64,000 nucleotides of DNA, from IMG/VR virus record IMGVR_UViG_3300042938_001476, positions 4,966 through 68,965 of that record. One strand, written 5' to 3'. The notes under the pieces were generated by a model, which saw only the letters and a program-made list of their open reading frames with translations, was not told the DNA's origin and did not search any database. How positions within the stretch are numbered: the stretch's first letter is position 1; every line of letters starts with the position of its first letter. The position numbers and the translations under genes are program-made. This DNA is from a virus. Below, piece by piece: positions 57,004 to 64,000 of this stretch.

Positions 57004-58275
57004 TTATTGTTGAACAATAGCTTCTTCCAACCTTGCCATGTGTTTGATGAACTTAATGGGAATCATTGGCGTTGTCCCGTTTCGGTTGTGCGTTACAGAA
57101 AGAATGTATGCGTAGGGGTCATCCGATTCCTCTACTGGCATGATCTTTGTCAGGCTATCGCAGTCCATCTCAAATGTCCGGCTCTCGCGGATTGTGTTGT
57201 CCTCATTGAGTTGAGCAAGGAGAACTACACATACCTTCAACTCTTTCGCTATGATCTTCGTCATACGACTAATTTCGGCAACCTGCCTCTCTCTATTTTC
57301 CTTTTGATTGCTTGGAGTTATGAGTTGCGCGTAGTCCAACATAATAATTTCGCACTTGTTCTCGACAACCAACCTTCTTGCCCTGGCTCGAAACTGGTTC
57401 ACCGTCATTGATGCTTCGTCAACAATATGGATTGGAGCCTTCATCCCTTGGCCCATAAAGTTAGACACCTTGGCAAAGTCCGCTCTGTTTAGCTTGCCGT
57501 CACGAAGATCATTCATTCCAATCTGTGCATGGCAGGATGTGATCTTGTCTACAAGCTCATCTGCGCCCATCTCAAGCGAGATGATGCCAATCGGGACTCC
57601 CTTGTCTATAGCTGGCGTTGTGACCATCTGTAGGGCTGCTGTGGTCTTTCCTTGCTTGGCTCTGCCAGCGATGATGTGGACTGTCTGTGGTCTAAACCCT
57701 CTTGTTGCCATATTCCATCTTGGGAAACATGAATCGTGTCCTCGATTGATAGCTCCTCCGGTCTTAGCAGCCTCCTCCCAAGCTGTGATCCTGCGGTTGA
57801 GTACATCGCTAATGTGAACGGACTCAGACTTAGTAGTCATCATTCCGGTAATTTCGCGGCTTGCATCTTCCTTGATTTCCTCTGGGTCTTTGGATCGATC
57901 AAGTGCATCCGCTGCCATACGCTTTGCGGCAAAGTGTATCTTGCGGCGAAGGTAGCAATTTGAGATCGTCTTGAAATACTCATCCCAGTTGGCGGATGTG
58001 TAGACAACTGTGTATATGTGGGTGATGTAGTGTTCACCACCGATTCCCTCAAGGAGGTTGGCTGCTCTCAATTCCGAGGTAATTGTTAACAAGTCTATAG
58101 GTTTCTTGTCAAAATACATCTTGAGGAGAGTTGTCCAAATGTCTTGGTGTGCTGGATATGTAAAGTGTTCCAGTGTAATAATATCAGCAATTTTGCCAAT
58201 GATGCGTGTGTCTTGTATGCAGGAACAAAGCAATCCTTGTTCCGCCTCTGTGTCGGATGGTAGTGTGTTTTCCAT
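57004..58275 (-). CDS. dnaB: replicative DNA helicase, DnaB-like
   Basis: N-domain EAEQGLL...PIDLLTI; IIAGRAKQGKT, SLEM, LDYAQL, LAQLN, HNRNG. Confidence 0.92.
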   Translation of the reverse strand: MENTLPSDTEAEQGLLCSCIQDTRIIGKIADIITLEHFTYPAHQDIWTTLLKMYFDKKPIDLLTITSELRAANLLEGIGGEHYITHIYTVVYTSANWDEYFKTISNCYLRRKIHFAAKRMAADALDRSKDPEEIKEDASREITGMMTTKSESVHISDVLNRRITAWEEAAKTGGAINRGHDSCFPRWNMATRGFRPQTVHIIAGRAKQGKTTAALQMVTTPAIDKGVPIGIISLEMGADELVDKITSCHAQIGMNDLRDGKLNRADFAKVSNFMGQGMKAPIHIVDEASMTVNQFRARARRLVVENKCEIIMLDYAQLITPSNQKENRERQVAEISRMTKIIAKELKVCVVLLAQLNEDNTIRESRTFEMDCDSLTKIMPVEESDDPYAYILSVTHNRNGTTPMIPIKFIKHMARLEEAIVQQ

Positions 58276-58286
58276 GGTCAGTGGAA

Positions 58287-58314
58287 ATTATAGCGAGCAA
58301 CCGGAGAATGTCAA
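58287..58314 (-). promoter_or_regulatory. sigma70 promoter for dnaB
   Basis: Exact TTGACA-N16-TATAAT, 11 nt before ATG. Confidence 0.75.
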
Positions 58315-58556
58315 CGCATTCCGAAAAGATTTAAAAGGTCTTTTAGATTCTTTGAATCGCTATTCGATACTGGTTCTGGTTCAAATGCGTCAGAGTCCGA
58401 CTCTTGATTGAATCCCTGCTTGTATGCCACATCGTATGTCGTTTCAAAGAACTTCTTGAATCCCTTTGCAGACATTACAACTCGGCCATCAATAATTTGG
58501 TTAAGCAACGATGGATTTTTTACAAGGTAATATTCAAACAATTTTTCTTTACTCAT
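58311..58556 (-). CDS. hypothetical protein
   Basis: 81-aa ORF. Confidence 0.6.
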   Translation of the reverse strand: MSKEKLFEYYLVKNPSLLNQIIDGRVVMSAKGFKKFFETTYDVAYKQGFNQESDSDAFEPEPVSNSDSKNLKDLLNLFGMR

Positions 58557-58586
58557 ATTTGTTATTGTATATTAATTTAATAAATT

Positions 58587-58874
58587 ATGCCAGCACTAAA
58601 CCCATATCCATTTTCTCAAAACGCCCAAACCTCAATGAGCCAATCCCAATCTATGATTGAAGAAGCGGCAAGACGCATGGGCATAACACCAGAAGCGTAT
58701 GAAAATATGATGGCCCCATTATCTCCAGAAGACGCATACGAAATGGGTGAACGAGACAGAAAATATCAGCAAGAACAAAAAATATCATCGGAACAACGTC
58801 GAAGGGGTCGTGACGGCGCTGGCCCATCCAAGATGGTAGCAGACTTAAGCTCAAACTATATAAAATATAGATAA
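58587..58874 (+). CDS. hypothetical protein
   Basis: 95 aa, first of a + strand four-gene island. Confidence 0.55.
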   Translation: MPALNPYPFSQNAQTSMSQSQSMIEEAARRMGITPEAYENMMAPLSPEDAYEMGERDRKYQQEQKISSEQRRRGRDGAGPSKMVADLSSNYIKYR

Positions 58875-58878
58875 TATT

Positions 58879-59205
58879 ATGAAAAATTCAATTTCAAACT
58901 CATATGCAAGAATGATTAATGATGAAGAGCAAAAGAAAAAAGATCGTGCGAGTGGAAGACTTATGAAAAAATCTGATCTTGAGGGGGTTATTGGGTATGG
59001 TGCGGCTGAACCAGGTGAGACATATGTTCCAACAGAGAGAGAGTATCAAAGGAGAAATCCTAATTCCGCTGAATTTAAGGCTGAAAGAGAAAAAGAAAAA
59101 CAAGAAGCATTTGATCTTCAAAACAAAAAAACGGAAAAGTTAAATAGACTTAAAGCATCAAAACCATGGCTATTTGGATATGGTGCCGGGGCAATGCAAG
59201 GTTGA
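58879..59205 (+). CDS. hypothetical basic protein
   Basis: 108 aa, K/E/R-rich. Confidence 0.55.
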   Translation: MKNSISNSYARMINDEEQKKKDRASGRLMKKSDLEGVIGYGAAEPGETYVPTEREYQRRNPNSAEFKAEREKEKQEAFDLQNKKTEKLNRLKASKPWLFGYGAGAMQG

Positions 59206-59226
59206 TTATTAACTGGACTTTAAAAT

Positions 59227-59379
59227 ATGAAAAAATACAACTCACTAAAAGCGTTCTACGATCAACCTAAAGACGGCAAGAAAATTACCAAGGGCCAACA
59301 GCAAGGCAAGAAGGGTTTCACAAAAAATCGTGAGACAGGCAAGGTCAAGGCAAGTGCAATGGGAAAGCTGAATTACTAA
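59227..59379 (+). CDS. 50-aa Lys/Gly-rich protein (not in ORF track)
   Basis: MKKYNSLKAFYDQPKDGKK...KLNY fills the gap exactly. Confidence 0.5.
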   Translation: MKKYNSLKAFYDQPKDGKKITKGQQQGKKGFTKNRETGKVKASAMGKLNY

Positions 59380-59380
59380 T

Positions 59381-59782
59381 ATGAAACAACCTCAATTTGG
59401 AAATTACAATTATTCCCCCCAACAAATGGCGAGGATCAACGCACAGCGTGAAGCAAAAGGCCGCGCCCCTTTAGCAAGTTATAGTGGAGCGCAAGAAAGC
59501 TCTGATTATGATAAGTATTATAATGAAATAAAAAAACGATCAGGTAGTGGTGGCATTAAGAAAAGCCAGTATGATATTGATAAAGAAGCGGAGAGCGATA
59601 TTCCAATTAAAGATCGGATTGGAAAAATGACTTCTGATAGTGCTAAAAAAAGAGAAGAAGAACAATCTGCGTTTAGGGAGAGGTTCCGTAAAAAACAAAT
59701 GCTGCCAGGTTCAATGGGTGGAATGAAGAGTGGAGTATCCTCACCTACATCCAGTTCTTCTTACGCCAGAGGAATGGCTTGA
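59381..59782 (+). CDS. hypothetical basic protein
   Basis: 133 aa, S/K/R-rich. Confidence 0.55.
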   Translation: MKQPQFGNYNYSPQQMARINAQREAKGRAPLASYSGAQESSDYDKYYNEIKKRSGSGGIKKSQYDIDKEAESDIPIKDRIGKMTSDSAKKREEEQSAFRERFRKKQMLPGSMGGMKSGVSSPTSSSSYARGMA

Positions 59783-59863
59783 TTTACCTCTTGGTGTGCG
59801 TCTCGTAAACCAAGGATACAATCATAATAACCCAGACAAAGATTATGGCTACAGTCTGGTCGT

Positions 59864-60376
59864 TCATATCCCAAGTATCTTCGCCCCGTTTGGATATGTG
59901 CCTCTATAGATTTCTTCATCTTCTTGCTTCACTACGAACAAGGATGGTTTACAACTATGATCCCAGTATGATTTTAGTTTTTGTTTTTTGAACTCAATAA
60001 GTTCAACCCCCATTTTCTCTGCAACATCAAGAGCAATAGGATCATTCGCATAGATTTCTTTGTAGATAACTTTTTTTATCTTATATGCAGCTATGGCTTT
60101 TAGGCAATCACCGCAAGGTAGAAGTGTAGAGTAGATAACCTCGCCTTCTTCCGGTTTGATATACCTCAATGCATTTTGCTCTGCATGAATAACGTAATTT
60201 CTACGCTGTTCTCTGTCCCCCCAGTTCTCTTCAACTCCTTGAGGGAATCCATTGTATCCAACAGAGGCGATGGAATTATCTTTGCGTAAGATTACTGCGC
60301 CAACCTTCTTCCATGGGTCTTTGCTTTTCTTAGCAACTGCTTCGGCAATGCCGATTGCATATTCATCCCAGTTCAT
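59864..60376 (-). CDS. dCMP deaminase
   Basis: SKDP..KVGA, GYNG, HAEQNA, PCGDC. Confidence 0.92.
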   Translation of the reverse strand: MNWDEYAIGIAEAVAKKSKDPWKKVGAVILRKDNSIASVGYNGFPQGVEENWGDREQRRNYVIHAEQNALRYIKPEEGEVIYSTLLPCGDCLKAIAAYKIKKVIYKEIYANDPIALDVAEKMGVELIEFKKQKLKSYWDHSCKPSLFVVKQEDEEIYRGTYPNGAKILGI

Positions 60377-60433
60377 ATTTATGTGTGTTTGTTACTAATT
60401 TATATGCAACAAGCGTAGCATATTCATTTTAGT

Positions 60434-60901
60434 TCATTGGCAAGACTCGCAGGTTTCGTCATCAAGGTTGCAAACACGCTTGATTTTTACATCCTCAAAA
60501 TCATCTTCAATGTTTGGGATTGCCTTTACCTCTAATGTATCAGGCAGCTTATCAGCCCGTGCAATAGCTGCACTATTGCTATAGGTTCCCTGCGGATATC
60601 GTTTGGATAGTTTATCCATGTTGGCATTGATGCACTCTTCAATCGTCATATCCAACTCACTAAGGAGTCCGGTAAGGTAGAACAGGATGTCTCCAGCTTC
60701 TTCCATAACATTGTTCAAATCGATTTGCTTCTGATACACGCAATGCTTCTTAATTGCGTCCAGAAGCTCTCCAGCCTCGCCGGATACTCCAACAGCCATG
60801 TGGAGTAGGTGGGCCTTTTGTGGCGTTAGCTGGCAGATAATTTCATCTCCAGGCTTAACGATTGAATTTACGAATTGTTGATATGTTGTTGTGTTGCTCA
60901 T
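60434..60901 (-). CDS. MazG-like nucleotide pyrophosphohydrolase
   Basis: GEAGELLD..KK, EEAGDILFY, N..KL.KRYP. Confidence 0.88.
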   Translation of the reverse strand: MSNTTTYQQFVNSIVKPGDEIICQLTPQKAHLLHMAVGVSGEAGELLDAIKKHCVYQKQIDLNNVMEEAGDILFYLTGLLSELDMTIEECINANMDKLSKRYPQGTYSNSAAIARADKLPDTLEVKAIPNIEDDFEDVKIKRVCNLDDETCESCQ

Positions 60902-61467
60902 TGTGTGTATGTGTTAAAATATGCTAATCCAAAACAGCCTGCGTCTGCAAGCATAATTGTCTGACCTTCCTTACCTATCCACTCATCTAACTTATTTTTG
61001 GTAAGCTCTATGGGATGCCCGTCATGGGCGGGAACATTAACCCATTCAAAGATACGAAGCGTCTTAGCTGCGCCCAGTGCGTTCTTGATGATCAGTTCTG
61101 GATCGTCTGTGTGCTGAAGGCAGTTATAAATCCATGCTTCATCGTATCCTTTGGCAAAGTGCTTAATGATTAAATCCTCTCCGCGAATTACAATAGGGGT
61201 TATTCTTTTTGCGGCATATCGAGCATATATCCAATCTGGATACTTTAATGGATCAATTACAGTTCCGCGTTGTCCAAGGTTGATAGTCTTGAGCAACATC
61301 GATGTTGGCCCACCACCAATATCAATGATTGATTTACCCTCTACATTAAATGAATAGCCTTTCTGTCGCAGTCCCATGTATCGAGCGTAAACATAGTGCT
61401 TCTGGTCTTCGTCAAATGTATTGCAACAATCTCCCCAGTAGTTTGATTCAAATGTGTAGTCACTCAT
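60898..61467 (-). CDS. class I SAM-dependent methyltransferase
   Basis: IIDIGGGP, VIDP, YNCLQHTDDP. Confidence 0.8.
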   Translation of the reverse strand: MSDYTFESNYWGDCCNTFDEDQKHYVYARYMGLRQKGYSFNVEGKSIIDIGGGPTSMLLKTINLGQRGTVIDPLKYPDWIYARYAAKRITPIVIRGEDLIIKHFAKGYDEAWIYNCLQHTDDPELIIKNALGAAKTLRIFEWVNVPAHDGHPIELTKNKLDEWIGKEGQTIMLADAGCFGLAYFNTYTQ

Positions 61468-62579
61468 ACAGCGCCAGGATAAAAGCGTTTCATTGCATTG
61501 ATGTTATTCCCGTCAGCATACCAACCCTTTCCGGTATAGACATCCATGACATCATCAAAATACTTCTCATACATTGGAGCTACAGCTTGCAAGGTAAAGT
61601 TCTCACCGAATGCGCGGCAGTCATGCGGTTTGATCCTATCAATGTTTTTGACAGCATCTACGAAGTCACCCATCGTTCTACAGCGATAGCCAGTAATTCC
61701 ATGTAGGTTGTTTTCCGCGAAGCTACCCCAGTCTGTCGTAATAGTAGGAGTGCCGGACAACAAATTCTCAATTTGAACTCCACCAAATGGTTCGACATAC
61801 ATACTTGGCAGGAACGATGCCTTGGCATTAGCCATGAGTTTCTTTCTCATAGGAACATCTGCATAGCCTACATACTCAACATGGTCAGGAAGCTTGTATC
61901 CTTCCTCCTTCTGTCCGGCGATGACCAGCTTCACTCCTGCTCGCTCCGTAGCCTGTATGGCAACATCTACTCCCTTGCCATTGTAGACTCGGCCAAGGTA
62001 GAGAAAGTAATCTTCCTTTTTAGGGGTGAAGTCAAAATCCTCAACATCGAAATAGTTTGGAATTACAACATCATACCAATCTTGATTGCAGTTTCCAACA
62101 TTCTTCAGCCCACAATAAGCATGGTAGATTGCATAGCTTTCCCAAACCTTCCACCTTGCCCAGTGTCCACCAGCATACCCAATGCCTGGCTCAACACAAA
62201 TCAAGTCTTGGTGGGCATCACAGATAGGGCGTACGCCAGAACCCCAGAATGGCAAGATGAACTCGTTACTCCGCTTCCGTTTTGCAACCTCGCGGATAGC
62301 GTTGTCGTAAAACTTACGATACGCATGGTCGTTGGTATTGAACTTAAAAAAGGTCTTGCGCCAGTCATGTGACCCATAGCTCTCTCGAAAGTCGTCATTG
62401 GTAAGTACGGTGACATGTTCGCTGCATTGTAAATCAGAGTCTTCATGTCCGTAGTGTATTACTGTATGACCTCTTTCGGTCATCATTTTTGAGAACTTTA
62501 AGACTTTTTGTGTGTACGCGCAAGCGTTAAATTCTTTGCTGGTAACGGTGTGCGGGAGCGAAAGTACATGAAATATCAT
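61464..62579 (-). CDS. glycosyltransferase family 4 (GT-B)
   Basis: RGHTV, VIPN, YLGR...KG, EPFGGVQIE, GTPTITTD.G...E...G.TG. Confidence 0.9.
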   Translation of the reverse strand: MIFHVLSLPHTVTSKEFNACAYTQKVLKFSKMMTERGHTVIHYGHEDSDLQCSEHVTVLTNDDFRESYGSHDWRKTFFKFNTNDHAYRKFYDNAIREVAKRKRSNEFILPFWGSGVRPICDAHQDLICVEPGIGYAGGHWARWKVWESYAIYHAYCGLKNVGNCNQDWYDVVIPNYFDVEDFDFTPKKEDYFLYLGRVYNGKGVDVAIQATERAGVKLVIAGQKEEGYKLPDHVEYVGYADVPMRKKLMANAKASFLPSMYVEPFGGVQIENLLSGTPTITTDWGSFAENNLHGITGYRCRTMGDFVDAVKNIDRIKPHDCRAFGENFTLQAVAPMYEKYFDDVMDVYTGKGWYADGNNINAMKRFYPGAV

Positions 62580-62583
62580 ATAT

Positions 62584-63336
62584 TTATTTTTTTATGTAAT
62601 AGAATTGTGTTGGTGTTTTTTTTATCAATAAATTAATTCTTGATGGATCAATATTGTAATGTATAGCTGCTTGTTTTCTGCTTTTAAATACACCATGTGG
62701 TGTCATTATTTCTTTACCTAAAGTTTTGTTATTTTTTTTACCTTTTCTTCTTTTGTTACTTTCAATAACTGCAATTCTTGTTTTTTCAGATATCTTTTTT
62801 CCTTTATTTTTTTCTGAAATTTTTCTTTTTGTTTCTTCGGAGTGAATAACTTTTTTTCCTTTTAATGAGTTGCTTATTTTTGCTCTTGTTTCTTCTGAGT
62901 GCTTTTTCCCTTTCATTGGAGGGTTCTTAAAAAGTGATTCGCTAATTTTTCTTCTATGCTCTACTGAAAATGATTGTGAATTTGAGAATGGATTATTGAT
63001 TCCCTTCATTGATTCACTTCTCATTTTTTTGCAAAACTCATATCTCCTTGAATTATATTGAACGCAATTTCTTGTTTGCATCCAGCAAAATGCTTTTGCC
63101 ATTTTATAACATCTTTGTGAATTTAACCCATTCCTAAAAAGAAAAATCTTATGCAATAACTTATGCGCTACAAAATGCTGCCTTGGAGTAAATAAAACAG
63201 TTTTTTTGTTTTTACCAAATATGCTTTGAGGAAAAATGTGATGTTTTTCCATCATCCCATTTTCATTTGTTTCACATGATGTTTTAATCAACAAAATATA
63301 TTTTTTGCAGTACTTACGCCAAAGTTTATATTGCAT
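62584..63336 (-). CDS. HNH homing endonuclease with NUMOD3 repeats
   Basis: EKHHIFP, TPRQHFVAHKLL, KKHSEETRAKIS and HSEETKRKIS; very A+T-rich relative to flanks. Confidence 0.88.
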   Translation of the reverse strand: MQYKLWRKYCKKYILLIKTSCETNENGMMEKHHIFPQSIFGKNKKTVLFTPRQHFVAHKLLHKIFLFRNGLNSQRCYKMAKAFCWMQTRNCVQYNSRRYEFCKKMRSESMKGINNPFSNSQSFSVEHRRKISESLFKNPPMKGKKHSEETRAKISNSLKGKKVIHSEETKRKISEKNKGKKISEKTRIAVIESNKRRKGKKNNKTLGKEIMTPHGVFKSRKQAAIHYNIDPSRINLLIKKTPTQFYYIKK

Positions 63337-63368
63337 GATATATTTATTTCATATTTTAGGTTTTCCGT

Positions 63369-63398
63369 CAATCCCAAAACGTGGAATGTGTGTTTCAT
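63369..63398 (-). pseudogene. orphaned original 5' end of the GT4 gene
   Basis: Encodes MKHTFHVLGL versus MIFHVLSL at the present GT4 start. Confidence 0.6.
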
Positions 63399-63693
63399 AG
63401 TTCGTTATAATTGTATCATGGTTTCTATATCCGACAAGGTATATCTTAATTGGATATGGTGGTTATGGGTTTGATTGGGTATATTCAATCTCTCGGAAGG
63501 TTTGAGATGGCGGCTTCAGGATGCACTTCGCCTGTTATGGAGATGAAGGGCATCCATTGTCATTACAACCTCCCGTATAGGAATCGATGTATGGCACTAT
63601 CAGCATTAACACTGTTGTTTTTGTCGGGCCGCACTAACACTCAATATTCACCCTCAACAGCATCTTCGCCCATATCGCTATGGCGTGTATTGC

Positions 63694-63727
63694 GTTTTGG
63701 TAACGAAACAGATTTCGTTACCAAAAC
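63694..63727. repeat. perfect 15-bp inverted repeat
   Basis: gttttggtaacgaaa-caga-tttcgttaccaaaac. Confidence 0.95.
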
Positions 63728-63880
63728 AATGATTGGTTGGCATGGCTTCATCATTCCAATCAGGTGCGTTCTGCAATGGCAAGTGCAACTAAAGTTTCGT
63801 TGCCATCATTTCGGTCATATGTCGCTTACCGATACAGCATCTACAAGCTCCTTTAGGGAACTGCCGTTAGGCTTCATACC

Positions 63881-63923
63881 AAAAGAAAAACCCGCCTTGA
63901 TAGTCACAATATCAAGACGGGTT
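63881..63923 (-). terminator. rho-independent terminator/attenuator
   Basis: Minus strand AACCCGTCTTGATA-TTGTGAC-TATCAAGGCGGGTT followed by TTTCTTTT. Confidence 0.8.
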
Positions 63924-64000
63924 ATTGACCAAGGGAAAATTTTTCGCCATGAGCTTTGTGACAACTCAAGTAAGATGTGGAAAATATTATGCAGTTCTTT

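Noticed and set aside
62580-63370. Group I intron housing the HNH gene
   Set aside because: The ORF fills nearly the whole interval (4 nt on one side, ~30 nt on the other), leaving no space for a ribozyme core, and the GT gene has its own start.
1-64000. Alternative genetic code; integrase/att prophage boundaries; deazaguanine biosynthesis operon
   Set aside because: Standard-code ORFs tile the window densely; no recombinase motifs, host genes or folE/que genes were recognised.

Overview
The window is a large part of a tailed dsDNA phage genome with podovirus-like architecture: no tape-measure, integrase, DNA polymerase, intact tRNA or CRISPR is visible. The left ~38 kb (mostly + strand) is morphogenesis and lysis. 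It holds tail and fibre genes, a 3367-aa polyvalent ejection-type protein, a glycosyl/methyltransferase cluster, an inverted TerL, portal, scaffold, major capsid, collagen-like and PATR-repeat fibres, and a GH108 endolysin. The right ~26 kb holds RusA-like, HNH, C5-methyltransferase, initiator, exonuclease, ERF, TerS, small early genes, DnaB, dCMP deaminase, MazG-like, GT4 and a NUMOD3/HNH homing endonuclease. A Verrucomicrobia/PVC-type host is inferred only, mainly from the PATR repeats. Most interesting: (1) ART-like, TGT/DpdA-like, methyltransferase and zincin modules inside the giant virion protein; (2) a ~550-nt highly structured minus-strand RNA candidate behind dnaB, plus a second near the right end; (3) two genes (RusA, C5-MTase) whose conserved motifs are split across overlapping frames; (4) three tandem sigma-54-type promoters facing the early genes; (5) a homing endonuclease that appears to have replaced the 5' end of its target gene with a recoded copy; (6) two kissing-loop leader RNAs and a recurring ATTGTT-N-AACAAT palindrome. 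All protein calls are motif recognition by eye; no searches were run.
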